From Longimicrobiales bacterium (GTDB taxonomy: Bacteria; Gemmatimonadota; Gemmatimonadetes; Longimicrobiales; Gaopeijiaceae), in NCBI GenBank assembly GCA_965198065.1, contig CBDAON010000004.1:192001-256000 (forward strand): a stretch of 64,000 nucleotides of DNA, read 5' to 3'. The notes below the pieces were generated by a model, which ran no database searches, had not been told where the DNA came from, and saw nothing but the letters and a program-made list of their open reading frames with translations. This document shows, in pieces, positions 1 to 9,802 of this stretch (positions within the stretch are counted from its first letter, which is position 1; every line of letters starts with the position of its first letter). The position numbers and the translations under genes are program-made.

Positions 1-42
1 CTGACCGGTCTCCCCCGGGGGCCGGCTTCCAGCCGGGGCTCT

Positions 43-942
43 TCAGGCGCGGGGGTGATAGCGCCGATGCACCTGGCGCAGGTAGTCGCGGTCGATGTGC
101 GTGTAGATCTGCGTCGTCGCGATATCAGCGTGCCCTAGGAGCTCCTGCACAGCGGCAAGGTCCGCTCCCCCCTCCAGCAGGTGGGTGGCAAACGTGTGGC
201 GGAGCGTGTGCGGGGAGATCCGTCGCTCGACTCCGGCCCGGCGTGCTGCCTCCTTCACGACCCCCCAGACCCCCATCCGGGTGAGCGGCCGGCCCCGCTG
301 GTTCAGGAAGATCGCGCCCGCGCCCCGCCCCCGATCCAGGCGGGGCCTAAGCTCCCGCAGGTAGCGAAGGGCGACACCGAGGGCCACGCGGCCGACGGGA
401 ACGATCCTCTCCCTCGAGCCCTTCCCGAAGACAGTCAGAAGACCCGCTTCTGCATCCAGGTCGGGGATCCGCGCCGTGGTGAGCTCCGACACGCGAATCC
501 CCGTCGCGTACAGGAGCTCTAGGATCGCGCGGTCCCTCCAGTGGACTCCGCTCTCCGGGGAGGGCGACTCGATCAGCGCTACCGCCTCCCGCTGGGTCAG
601 GACATCCGGGAGCGTTCGCCCCGTCTTGGGAGCCTCCAGGCGCTCAGTGGGGTCCGCGCTCACCACGCCCTCCTCGAGAAGAAAGCCGTAGTAGCTCCGA
701 AGGGAGGAGAGGGAGCGCCGGATCGACGTCGGGGCCAGCCCAGCTTCCTTCAGGTGGAAGAGGTACTCGCGGAGCGTGACGTGCGAGACCTCCTCAGGGG
801 AGTGTACCTCCCGCTCGACGAGGAACCGCGCGAGCCGTTCCACGTCACGGTAGTAGGCGGCTACCGTCCGGTCGGAGAGTCCGCGCTCGAAGGCCAGGAA
901 GTCCCGATATGGCTCGGTCCGGAAGGCCCCCCCGTCGGACAT
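43..942 (-). CDS. xerD: Site-specific tyrosine recombinase XerD
   Basis: 299 aa; RDRAILELLYATGIRVSEL, GKGSRERIVP, HTLRHTFATHLLEGGADL, LLGHADIATTQIYTH, C-terminal HPRA. Confidence 0.9.
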   Translation of the reverse strand: MSDGGAFRTEPYRDFLAFERGLSDRTVAAYYRDVERLARFLVEREVHSPEEVSHVTLREYLFHLKEAGLAPTSIRRSLSSLRSYYGFLLEEGVVSADPTERLEAPKTGRTLPDVLTQREAVALIESPSPESGVHWRDRAILELLYATGIRVSELTTARIPDLDAEAGLLTVFGKGSRERIVPVGRVALGVALRYLRELRPRLDRGRGAGAIFLNQRGRPLTRMGVWGVVKEAARRAGVERRISPHTLRHTFATHLLEGGADLAAVQELLGHADIATTQIYTHIDRDYLRQVHRRYHPRA

Positions 943-956
943 CGAGCCGCGCAGCG

Positions 957-1448
957 TCAGGCAGGAGCAGACAACGAGACGAGCAGGGCCACCGCATGGA
1001 CCGCGACGCCCTCACCCCTGCCCTCCCAGCCCATGCCTTCATTCGTCTTCCCCTTCACCGACACGGATCCCGGTGCCACGTCCAGCGCGCGGGCCAGCGA
1101 GTCCCGGATAGAATCGGCGACCGGGGCGATCCTGGGCCGTTCGCATACGACCGAGACGTCCACGTTCCCGACACCGTACCCAGCGTCCCGGACCATCCGC
1201 ACGGCCGCACGCAGAAGGTTCATGGAGTCCGCTCCCCGCCAGCGCTCGTCTCCGGGCGGAAAGTGGGTCCCGATATCCCCGAGCCCCGCGGCCCCCAGGA
1301 TGGCGTCTGTCACCGCATGCGCGAGCGCGTCCCCGTCGGAGAACCCCGCGAGCCCCGGGGTGTCGGGGATCGGGACCCCACCCAGGACACAGGCCCGATC
1401 GGGGTCGAAGCGGTGAGAGTCGAAGCCGAGCCCAATCCTCAGCCTCAA
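957..1448 (-). CDS. ispF: 2-C-methyl-D-erythritol 2,4-cyclodiphosphate synthase
   Basis: RIGLGFDSHRF, SDGDALAHAVTDAILGAAGLGDIG, SVKGKTNEGMG; TTG start overlapping the fabF stop is inferred. Confidence 0.93.
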   Translation of the reverse strand: MRLRIGLGFDSHRFDPDRACVLGGVPIPDTPGLAGFSDGDALAHAVTDAILGAAGLGDIGTHFPPGDERWRGADSMNLLRAAVRMVRDAGYGVGNVDVSVVCERPRIAPVADSIRDSLARALDVAPGSVSVKGKTNEGMGWEGRGEGVAVHAVALLVSLSAPA

Positions 1449-2707
1449 TCCTCCTGCGCGATGGCGATGCACGCGTTGTGGCCGCCGAAGCCGAAGGAGT
1501 TCGAGAGCGCCAGGCGGACCGGCTTCTCCCGCGCCCGGTTCGGCGCGTAATCAAGGTCGCACTCGGGATCGGGCGTGTTCAGGTTGATCGTAGGCGGAAT
1601 CGTCCCGTCCTGACATGCCAGCACGCAGATGATGGCCTCGACCGCCCCCGCCGCACCCAGGAGGTGTCCGGTCATCGACTTGGTGGAGCCCACGACAACC
1701 CGGTCGGCGTGAGGGCCGAGAACGGCGCGGATCGCCTGCGTCTCGGTGCGGTCGTTGTGCGGCGTGGAGGTCCCGTGCGCGTTGATGTAATCCACGTCCT
1801 CGGGCCGAATCCCCGCGTCCTGCAGGGCCGCACGCATGGCCGACTGCGCCCCCGCGCCGCCGGGCACCGGAGACGTGATGTGGTACGCGTCAGCGGACAT
1901 GCCGAAGCCCGCGATCCGACCGAGGATCCGAGCACCCCGCCGCTCCGCGACCTCGCGGGCCTCGAGGATCAGACACCCCGCGCCCTCCCCCATCACGAAC
2001 CCGTCCCGGTCGGCGTCGAACGGGCGGCTCGCCTTCTCGGGCTCGTCGTTCCTCGTGGACATGGCCTTCATGGAGCCGAAGCCGGCCATCGTGAGGGGCG
2101 TGATCGTGGCCTCCGTGCCGCCCGCAATGATCCGATCCGCATCTCCCCGCTCGATGATGCGGAGCGCGTCGCCGATGGCGTGCGCGGAAGAAGCGCACGC
2201 CGAGACGGTCGTGTAATTCGCCCCTCTCGCGCCATAACGGATCGAGATGAGGCCCGGTGCGATGTCCGGAATGAACATGGGGACGAAGAAGGGGCTGACC
2301 CGGCTCGGGCCCCGGTCGAGGAGGATCTTACACTGCACCTCGAAGGTCCCGATGCCGCCGATGCCGGTGCCAACGATGACCCCGAAACGATCGGGATCGA
2401 CCCCTTCGGATGGGGCGTCCACCAGCCCGGCGTGTCGCACCGCTTCATGCGCCGCCACGAGCGCGAACTGCGCAAATCGGTCGTATCGACGGATCTCCTT
2501 CGCATCCAGGACGCCCGCAGGGTCGAAGCCCTTCACCTCGCACGCGATCCGCGTGGGATACTCGAGCGTGGCCTCGAAATGGGTCACGGGCCCGCACCCG
2601 GGCGTGCCTGCCAGGAGAGCGCCCCACGCCGCCTCGACGCCCACGCCGACCGGGGTGACGAGCCCAAGGCCCGTCACCACCACTTCCCTCCCGGCGTTGT
2701 CAGTCAT
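1445..2707 (-). CDS. fabF: Beta-ketoacyl-ACP synthase II
   Basis: VVVTGLG, SACASSAHAIG, YINAHGTST, KSMTGHLLGAAG, SNSFGFGGHNA. Confidence 0.97.
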   Translation of the reverse strand: MTDNAGREVVVTGLGLVTPVGVGVEAAWGALLAGTPGCGPVTHFEATLEYPTRIACEVKGFDPAGVLDAKEIRRYDRFAQFALVAAHEAVRHAGLVDAPSEGVDPDRFGVIVGTGIGGIGTFEVQCKILLDRGPSRVSPFFVPMFIPDIAPGLISIRYGARGANYTTVSACASSAHAIGDALRIIERGDADRIIAGGTEATITPLTMAGFGSMKAMSTRNDEPEKASRPFDADRDGFVMGEGAGCLILEAREVAERRGARILGRIAGFGMSADAYHITSPVPGGAGAQSAMRAALQDAGIRPEDVDYINAHGTSTPHNDRTETQAIRAVLGPHADRVVVGSTKSMTGHLLGAAGAVEAIICVLACQDGTIPPTINLNTPDPECDLDYAPNRAREKPVRLALSNSFGFGGHNACIAIAQED

Positions 2708-2758
2708 CGCGTCCGCCCGCGCGGCCGTCGCGCTGAGCCAACCACAGCCCGATGACCG

Positions 2759-3007
2759 TCACTCGCTCCCTTTGGAATGCTTCTTCAGGTACTCGATCGC
2801 GTCGCCCACGGTGCCCATCTGCTCCGCATCTTCGTCCGGAATGTCGATTCCGAACTCCTCCTCGAAGGCCATGACGAGCTCCACTGTGTCGAGCGAGTCG
2901 GCTCCAAGATCCTCCACGAACGAGGCTTGCGGCGTCACCTTTCCAAACTCGACTCCCAGCTCGTTCACGATGATCTCCTTCACCTTCGCCTCGATGCTTT
3001 CCCCCAT
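2759..3007 (-). CDS. acpP: Acyl carrier protein
   Basis: [20 protein letters not shown] phosphopantetheine motif. Confidence 0.98.
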   Translation of the reverse strand: MGESIEAKVKEIIVNELGVEFGKVTPQASFVEDLGADSLDTVELVMAFEEEFGIDIPDEDAEQMGTVGDAIEYLKKHSKGSE

Positions 3008-3061
3008 TCGTCACCCCTTCGGTTGATGGTCCCGACGATCGAGCGATCGGCGGAAGGCCGG

Positions 3062-3796
3062 TCACATGAGCATGCCCCCGTCCACGGTGAGCACCTGGCC
3101 CGTAATGTAGCTAGCCGCCGGGCCGGCGAGAAAGCGCGCCGCGCCTGCGATGTCCGCGGGAGATCCGAGGCGCCCGAGGGGAATCTGGCGCCTGAGCTCC
3201 TCGGTCTGCTCATCGGTCAGAGAGGCCGTCATGTCCGTGGTGATGTACCCGGGGGCAATCGCGTTTGAACGGATCCCTCGGGAGGCGAGCTCTCGCGCGA
3301 CGCTTTTGGCGAACCCGATGAGCCCGGCCTTCGACGCCGCGTAGTTAGCCTGTCCCGCGTTGCCCGACAGCCCCACCACCGACGTGACGTTCAGGATGAC
3401 CCCGTCGCGGCGCTTCATCATCCCGCGGACCACGGCGCGCGTCATGTTGAACGCGCCCTTGAGGTTCACCTCCATCACCTCGTCCCAATCCTCATCTTTC
3501 AGGCGAACGAGGACGTTGTCCCTCGTGATCCCCGCATTGTTCACGAGGATGGAGACGCCGCCGAGGGCCTGCTCCACGGAGGACACAGTCGCCTGGACCT
3601 CGGCGGGACTCGCCACGTCACACCGGAACCCTTGGTGTCCGCTCCCTGGGAGCCCGGCGGCGGCCGCGCGCGCGCTCTCCGCGTCCCGACCGATCACGGC
3701 GACCCTGGCGCCTCCATCCGCTAGCGCCGCCGCGATGGCGAGTCCGATCCCGCGAGATCCCCCGGTTACGAGGGCAATCTGACCGGCGAGCTCCAT
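3062..3796 (-). CDS. fabG: 3-oxoacyl-ACP reductase
   Basis: TGGSRGIG, NNAGITRD, NYAASKAG; fab cluster context. Confidence 0.97.
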   Translation of the reverse strand: MELAGQIALVTGGSRGIGLAIAAALADGGARVAVIGRDAESARAAAAGLPGSGHQGFRCDVASPAEVQATVSSVEQALGGVSILVNNAGITRDNVLVRLKDEDWDEVMEVNLKGAFNMTRAVVRGMMKRRDGVILNVTSVVGLSGNAGQANYAASKAGLIGFAKSVARELASRGIRSNAIAPGYITTDMTASLTDEQTEELRRQIPLGRLGSPADIAGAARFLAGPAASYITGQVLTVDGGMLM

Positions 3797-3808
3797 GGCG
3801 CCTCCAGG

Positions 3809-4756
3809 CTACCCGACCGACCCGAGGAGAAGCACCTCCAGGGCGGCGATGTCTCCGGGCTCGCCCACCGAGACGGTCGGGATGCCCCGAGCGTTCTTCC
3901 GGTTCAGGCCGGCGAGCACGGACCCCGGACCGATCTCGACGAAGCGGTCCGCGCCCGCAGCCACCATGGCCCGGACCGAGGCTGCCCAGCGCACGGGAGA
4001 CGTGAGCTGCCGCACGAGAAGCTCCCTGGCGACTCCCCCGTCGCTCACCGGCTCCGCCGTGACGTTCGAGTACACCGGGTAGAGAGGGCGACGGAACTTC
4101 ACGGCCTCCAGCCGCTCTCGCAATCCCCTCTGGGCCGGCTCCATGAGGGAAGAGTGAAAAGCGCCGGATACGCCGAGCGGGACCACTTTCTTCGCGCCCA
4201 TCCCCGGACCGAGATCGACCGCGCGCTCCACCGCGTCCCGATCCCCGGAGACGACCACCTGGCCCGGCGAGTTCAGGTTGGCCGGGACTACGATCGAATC
4301 CGGTGGGCGCGACGACGCCTGGCAGAGCGCCTCCGCGGCTTCCTCCTCCATCCCGAGCACGGCCGCCATCCCGCCTGGGCGAGCCCCCCCGGCTTCCGCC
4401 ATGAGCCGGCCCCGCGCCCGGACGGCCGCGAGCGCATCCGGAAAGGGAATCGTGCCTGCAGCCACATGAGCGGTAAACTCGCCCAGGGAATGTCCCGCCG
4501 CGAGCGCCACGGGCCCGAGGCGGTCTCGGACCACCTTGAGCGCGGCCACGGAATGCGTGAGGATCGCCGGCTGCGCGTTCTGGGTCAGGACCAACTTCTC
4601 CTCAGGGCCCTCCCAGAGGAGGGTCGAGAGCGGCTCCCCGAGGATGCCGTCAGCCTCGGCGAAAAGCGCCGCCGCGACCGGAAAGGACCGGGCCAGGGAT
4701 CGGCCCATCCCGACGAACTGCGATCCCTGCCCGGGGAACAGGAGCGCGAGGGACAC
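3809..4756 (-). CDS. fabD: Malonyl-CoA:ACP transacylase
   Basis: FPGQGSQ, AGHSLGE, SGAFHS, EIGPG. Confidence 0.97.
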   Translation of the reverse strand: MSLALLFPGQGSQFVGMGRSLARSFPVAAALFAEADGILGEPLSTLLWEGPEEKLVLTQNAQPAILTHSVAALKVVRDRLGPVALAAGHSLGEFTAHVAAGTIPFPDALAAVRARGRLMAEAGGARPGGMAAVLGMEEEAAEALCQASSRPPDSIVVPANLNSPGQVVVSGDRDAVERAVDLGPGMGAKKVVPLGVSGAFHSSLMEPAQRGLRERLEAVKFRRPLYPVYSNVTAEPVSDGGVARELLVRQLTSPVRWAASVRAMVAAGADRFVEIGPGSVLAGLNRKNARGIPTVSVGEPGDIAALEVLLLGSVG

Positions 4757-4764
4757 CGGATCGG

Positions 4765-5769
4765 CTAGTCCTCGGACGGCGCAAGCAGGCCATGGAGGTC
4801 GCCCGCCAGGTCGCGAGCGATGTGCTCGACCATCCTGGTGCGGACGGCCTGCTCCGCCACGGCAATCGCGTTCCGGATCGCCTTGGGCGGCGATTGTCCG
4901 TGGCAGACGATCGAGACCCCGTTCACGCCGAGGAGGGGCGCGCCCCCGTACTCGGCGTAATCGAGAACGCGGAAGACCTCGTCCAGGTCCATCGAGGTCC
5001 CGGCCTTATCCATCTCGCGCGTTAGCAGGCCGATTGTGAACTCCGCAACGGACTCGTAGAACTTGAGGAGCACGTTCCCGACGAACCCGTCGCAGACGAG
5101 CACGTCGCAGGCCCCGCGGATGATGTCCCGACCCTCGACGTTTCCGATGAAGTGGAGCCCGCTTCCGGACAGGAGTTCGTGCGCCTCGAGGGCGAGCTCG
5201 CCCCCCTTGCCCGGCTCCTCCCCGATGTTCAGGAGCGCCACGCGCGGTTGCTCCAAACCCATCAGATCCTGAGCGTAAATCGCGCCGAGCCGGGCGAACT
5301 GGAGCAGGTGCTGCGGCTTCGAGTCCACGTTGGCCCCGGAATCCAACATCAGCGTGGGGCGCCTCGAGGTAGGGAGGAGCGTGCCAATGGCGGGGCGCGC
5401 TACTCCCGGGAGAGGGCGGAGCAGGATCCGGGAGGCCGCCATGACGGCCCCCGTCGAGCCCGCGCTCACGAAAGCGTTCGCGTGGCCGTACTTCAGGAGA
5501 CGGATGCCGGTGACGATGGACGAGCGCGGCCGGCGTCTGACGGCCTGGGCGGGTGACTCCCCCGGCAAGATCCGATCGGGCGCGTGGACGATGTCGAGCC
5601 GCCCCCGGGAGGCGGGATCCACGTCCGTGAGACCCCACTCGATGTCCTCGAGGTTTCCTACCAGGGAGATGGTGAGATCTTCCGGGCCACCCTCCAGCGC
5701 CTGCACGGCCCCGGCGATCTCGATGGCCGGTGACCCGTCCGAGCCCATGCAGTCCAGGGCGATACGCAC
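4765..5769 (-). CDS. plsX: Phosphate acyltransferase PlsX
   Basis: RIALDCMGSD, SAGSTGA, LLNIGEEPGKG, CDGFVGNVLLK, YGGAPLLG. Confidence 0.96.
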   Translation of the reverse strand: MRIALDCMGSDGSPAIEIAGAVQALEGGPEDLTISLVGNLEDIEWGLTDVDPASRGRLDIVHAPDRILPGESPAQAVRRRPRSSIVTGIRLLKYGHANAFVSAGSTGAVMAASRILLRPLPGVARPAIGTLLPTSRRPTLMLDSGANVDSKPQHLLQFARLGAIYAQDLMGLEQPRVALLNIGEEPGKGGELALEAHELLSGSGLHFIGNVEGRDIIRGACDVLVCDGFVGNVLLKFYESVAEFTIGLLTREMDKAGTSMDLDEVFRVLDYAEYGGAPLLGVNGVSIVCHGQSPPKAIRNAIAVAEQAVRTRMVEHIARDLAGDLHGLLAPSED

Positions 5770-5868
5770 CGGCCGCCTCCCCGTCAGTCGATCTCCACCC
5801 CGTGGGTCGCTCGGAGGAGCGCCGACGACGGGGATGGCCCCGTGCTGCCCGTGACCCGAAGGGCTTCC

Positions 5869-6054
5869 CTACACTTCGTCAGCGACCTGGAGGACCTCTG
5901 TACCACGGTAAAATCCACAGGAGCCACAGACACGGTGGGGCTGCTTGGGATCTCCGCAACGCGGACAGGCGTGCGTCACCACCGGCTCCGCCTTGAAGTG
6001 GGTCCGACGCTTCCGTTTCCTCTGCTTCGATGTGCGCTTCTTGGGGACGGCCAT
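5869..6054 (-). CDS. rpmF: 50S ribosomal protein L32 (Zn-ribbon form)
   Basis: [23 protein letters not shown]...[10 protein letters not shown]. Confidence 0.98.
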   Translation of the reverse strand: MAVPKKRTSKQRKRKRRTHFKAEPVVTHACPRCGDPKQPHRVCGSCGFYRGTEVLQVADEV

Positions 6055-6067
6055 GGCCTGCCTCGCC

Positions 6068-6589
6068 TCATCCGTTTCGGGGCAGCCGGAGGGCTTCCCA
6101 CCGGGAATCCACCTCCTGACCCTCGCAGCGACATTCCTCTTCGTTCAGATCGATCCCGCATCGGGGACAGATCCCCCGGCAAGCGTCCACGCAGAGGAGG
6201 TACGCGGGCGCAGCAAGGAGCATCTCTTCCCGGATCGCATCCCGGACGTCCAGATCGGCCGCGCCGGCTGGAATGGTCCGGATCTCGCCATCCAGCTCGA
6301 ACGTCTCCGACCCGTCGTCCCCGTACGACCAAACCAGGGCGAGCGGCTCCCTTACCACGTGCCTGACGGCGGCCAGGCAGCGTCGACACGCACCGCCCAG
6401 TCGCGCCGACATCTCGCCGCGGGCCACGACCTGCTCGCCCGCCGCGGCCCGAGACACCAGGAGCTCCACGTCCACCCCCGAGAGGAGCTCGAGGTCCGAG
6501 CCCTCCCAGAGCGGGTCATCCGCCGCGATCGTGTGACGCACCCGCACGGAGCCCACCCGCTCGAGCTCCCTGAGCCCGATCCTGAACAT
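6068..6589 (-). CDS. yceD: DUF177/YceD family protein
   Basis: CRRCL and [16 protein letters not shown] motifs, D.RW..L ending; directly upstream of rpmF. Confidence 0.9.
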   Translation of the reverse strand: MFRIGLRELERVGSVRVRHTIAADDPLWEGSDLELLSGVDVELLVSRAAAGEQVVARGEMSARLGGACRRCLAAVRHVVREPLALVWSYGDDGSETFELDGEIRTIPAGAADLDVRDAIREEMLLAAPAYLLCVDACRGICPRCGIDLNEEECRCEGQEVDSRWEALRLPRNG

Positions 6590-6598
6590 AGACCAGAA

Positions 6599-6627
6599 AC
6601 GCTATTGTAGCTCCGCCCGAGTGTCAA
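6599..6627 (-). promoter_or_regulatory. Candidate sigma70 promoter for yceD-rpmF-plsX-fab
   Basis: Minus strand TTGACA (6627-6622), 17 bp, TAGCGT (6604-6599); ATG only 9 nt after the -10. Confidence 0.5.
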
Positions 6628-6759
6628 TCGAGGGTTGTGCGCCAGGTGGACGGCGGACGGGGCGCCCGGTTGGGCGCCGGCCGCCGCACGGCCTCACCCT
6701 TCCGGGGTAGCTCCGTAACCGACCAATCTGGCATCCGAGCCGGGGAGAGCAGGGGGCCC

Positions 6760-7413
6760 GTGGATTCACACGCCTTTCCCGTGGGAGCACTGATCGCGGG
6801 CGGTCGCAACACGCGGTACGGAGCGACCAAGGCTCTCGAGCCGGTCCGGGGGCGGCGCCTCGTGGACGGAGTCGCGACCGCGCTCGCGGAGGCGACCGAC
6901 CAGGTGGTGCTGATCACGAACGAGACGGCCCTTCGTGACCACGTGGGCTTCCCCGCGCGCGGCGACGGGGTCCGGGGGCTCGGACCGCTGGGTGGAGTGC
7001 TCACCGCCCTCCACTGGGCGGCGGAGTTGGAAAGGCAGGGGATCCTCGCCGTCGCCTGCGACCTGCCGTTTCCCTCCGCCCCGCTTCTCCGAAGAATCGC
7101 GGAGATCGCGGCGTCGGGTGGGGCAGACGCCGTCGTTCCAGAGAATCCGGGCAACCGGAGGGGGATCGAGCCCCTCTTCGCGTTCTATTCCCGCTCATGC
7201 ATCGAGCCGATCGAGAGCGCAATCAGCCGCCGCGACCACCGCATGGTCGGCTTCCTTGAGGAGATCCGCCTCGAGCGCGTGCCGGTGGACGAGGTGCGTC
7301 GGTATGGCGACCCCTGGCGTCTCTTCTTCAACGTGAACACCCGAGCCGATCTCGAGCTCGCGGAACGCATGGCCCTCCCTCCGGAGGCCGGGCGGTCACC
7401 TGGCGGCCCGTGA
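6760..7413 (+). CDS. mobA: Molybdenum cofactor guanylyltransferase
   Basis: AGGRNTRYG..KAL, GPLGGV, ACDLPF, EPL.A.Y, FFNVNT; GTG start inferred. Confidence 0.9.
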   Translation: MDSHAFPVGALIAGGRNTRYGATKALEPVRGRRLVDGVATALAEATDQVVLITNETALRDHVGFPARGDGVRGLGPLGGVLTALHWAAELERQGILAVACDLPFPSAPLLRRIAEIAASGGADAVVPENPGNRRGIEPLFAFYSRSCIEPIESAISRRDHRMVGFLEEIRLERVPVDEVRRYGDPWRLFFNVNTRADLELAERMALPPEAGRSPGGP

Positions 7414-7557
7414 TCGGGCACGGGGTCCACACGCGGGTCGCGGCCGTTTGGGGCCATTGCGCCTCGGTCACGGGGGTCGCCTAATGGAGAGGTGGTCGCA
7501 GTCGCAGAGGGGGCGCGGCGTCGGAAACGACCGGGGTCCAAGCCAGGGGGTGGCGTG

Positions 7558-9801
7558 ATGAAGAATCGGGCGGACGGGAAGAGGGTCGATCGGGCCGCCT
7601 GGGCCAGCTGGAAGCCCTTTGGGATCGGCGAGCAGCGACCGAACGCCTACCTCGAGATCGTCCAAGCCTTGCGGGAGAACCGCGACCAGCTCGGGTACGC
7701 GTGGCGGATCCTGAAAGAGGGCACCTGCGACGGCTGCTCGCTAGGGACGATGGGCCTCCGCGACTGGACGCTCGACGAGGCCCACCTCTGCAACATCCGA
7801 CTGCGGCTGCTCAGGCTGAACACGATGCCTGCCCTGGACGCGAGCGTCCTGTCGAACGTGGCGTCCCTGAAGACCAAGAGCGGCTCCGAGCTCCGCGATC
7901 TCGGGCGGCTCCCCTATCCGATGATCCGGCGAAAGGGCGAGCCCGGATTCACGCGCGCGAGCTGGGACGAGGCACTGGACGAGATCGCGAGTCGTATCCG
8001 GGCCTCGTCCCCTGACCGTACGGGCTATTACCTCACGAGCCGGGGCCAGCCCAACGAGAACTACTTCGCGGCGCAGAAGGCCGTCCGGGCCATGGGGGGC
8101 AGCTCGATCGACAACGCGGCGCGCGTGTGCCACTCGCCGAGCACGTTCGGGCTCAAAGGCGCCCTCGGGGTCGCGGCAACGACCTGCTCCTACAGCGACT
8201 GGATCGGTAGCGACCTGGTGGTGTTCGTGGGCTCGAACGTCGCGAACAACCAGCCGGTCGCTATGAAGTACCTCTACAAGGCCAGGAAGGCCGGCACGCG
8301 AGTAGTGATGATCAACACTTACCGCGAGCCGGGGATGGAGCGCTACTGGGTGCCCTCGAACCTCGAGAGCGCGGTGTTCGGCACCCGCATCACGGACAGG
8401 TTCTTCCTCATCAACGTCGGCGGCGACATCGGTTTCCTGAAGGGCGCCTTGAAGCACGTGATCGGGCACGGCTGGCTCGACGATGAGTTCGTGGAGCGCC
8501 ACACGACGGGGTTCGAGGACCTGAGAGCGAACCTCGACGCTCAGTCGTGGGAGAGCCTGGAAGCGCTCGCGGGGACCTCCCGGGACGAGATGGAGGAGTT
8601 CGCGCGCATGCTCGGCGAGGCGAGAACGGCCGTGTTCGTCTGGAGCATGGGGATCACGCAGCACGAGTTCGGTGAGGACAACGTCCGCGCTATCATCAAC
8701 CTCGCGCTCACCAAGGGATTCGTCGGTCGGGACAAGTGTGGGGTGATGCCGATCCGCGGGCACTCGGGCGTGCAGGGTGGTGCCGAGATGGGCGCTTACT
8801 CGACCGTGCTCCCCGGAGGCCTGCCGCTGACGCCAGAGAACGCGGCTCGCTTCAGCGAGCTCTGGGGCTTCGAGGTGAGCCACTCGCGGGGCATGACGGC
8901 CCCCGAGATGATCGACGCCGCTCACCAGGGCCGCCTGGACGTGCTCATCGCATCAGGGGGCAATTTCCTCGAGGTCCTTCCGGAGCCGGACTACTGCGAG
9001 GCGACCCTCGAGAGGATGCCGCTCCGTGTGCACATCGATATCGTCCTGTCGAGTCAAATGCTCGTGGACCCCGGGGAGGTCGTAGTCCTCCTTCCGGCCG
9101 CGACGCGGTACGAGATGCCCGGCGGCGTGACTGAAACGACCACGGAGCGGCGGGTCGTGTTCAGCCCGGAGATCCGGGGGCCCCGGATCGCGGAGGCCCG
9201 TCCCGAATGGGAGATCTTCTGTGACTTGGCCAAGCGGGTGGTTCCCCACCTGAGCGACAAGGTGCACTTCGACGGAACGCCCGCGATTCGTGCGGACATC
9301 GCGCGGGCGATTCCCATCTACGACGGGATCCAGCGGCTGGAGGCCTTCGGTGACCAGTTTCAGTACGGGGGCCCTCACCTGTGCGCGGACTGGAAGTTCC
9401 CCACTCCCGACGGGAAGGCGCGTTTCTCGGTGGTGCCCCTCCCCGAAATCCGGCTCCCCCCGGGCCGCTTCATGGTCTCCACGCGGCGCGGGAAGCAGTT
9501 CAACTCCATGGTCCACGAGCGGGTCGATGCCCTCAACGGCGCGGAGCGGGAGGCCGTACTGGTCAGCCGGGTGGACGCGGACGGACTCGGAGTCGAGGAC
9601 GGCGATCGAGTGATCCTCCGTAGCGACGTCGGGGAGCTTCGCGGGCGCGCGATGATCGCGCCCGTCACGCCGCGTAGCCTCCAGGTCCACTGGCCCGAGG
9701 GGCTCGTGCTGATCGACCGCCGGAAGCGCTCGCCCCAGGCCGGGATCCCCGACTACAACGCCGTCGTGACCCTCGAGAAGGCCGCCAGCCCCCGGGCATG
9801 A
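7558..9801 (+). CDS. FdhF/YdeP family molybdopterin oxidoreductase (formate dehydrogenase alpha-like)
   Basis: CDGC..G, ARVCHSPS (Cys at the Mo-ligand position), PIRGHSGVQG, STRRGKQFNSMV, PDYNAVV; flanked by mobA and fdhD. Confidence 0.9.
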   Translation: MKNRADGKRVDRAAWASWKPFGIGEQRPNAYLEIVQALRENRDQLGYAWRILKEGTCDGCSLGTMGLRDWTLDEAHLCNIRLRLLRLNTMPALDASVLSNVASLKTKSGSELRDLGRLPYPMIRRKGEPGFTRASWDEALDEIASRIRASSPDRTGYYLTSRGQPNENYFAAQKAVRAMGGSSIDNAARVCHSPSTFGLKGALGVAATTCSYSDWIGSDLVVFVGSNVANNQPVAMKYLYKARKAGTRVVMINTYREPGMERYWVPSNLESAVFGTRITDRFFLINVGGDIGFLKGALKHVIGHGWLDDEFVERHTTGFEDLRANLDAQSWESLEALAGTSRDEMEEFARMLGEARTAVFVWSMGITQHEFGEDNVRAIINLALTKGFVGRDKCGVMPIRGHSGVQGGAEMGAYSTVLPGGLPLTPENAARFSELWGFEVSHSRGMTAPEMIDAAHQGRLDVLIASGGNFLEVLPEPDYCEATLERMPLRVHIDIVLSSQMLVDPGEVVVLLPAATRYEMPGGVTETTTERRVVFSPEIRGPRIAEARPEWEIFCDLAKRVVPHLSDKVHFDGTPAIRADIARAIPIYDGIQRLEAFGDQFQYGGPHLCADWKFPTPDGKARFSVVPLPEIRLPPGRFMVSTRRGKQFNSMVHERVDALNGAEREAVLVSRVDADGLGVEDGDRVILRSDVGELRGRAMIAPVTPRSLQVHWPEGLVLIDRRKRSPQAGIPDYNAVVTLEKAASPRA

Positions 9802-9802
9802 C

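Noticed and set aside
43..942. xerD as the island or integron integrase
   Set aside because: Typical chromosomal XerD in housekeeping context, 38 kb from the island, lacking the IntI C-terminal signature.
7558..9801. Selenocysteine-containing formate dehydrogenase
   Set aside because: No in-frame TGA; the ligand position is Cys (RVCH).
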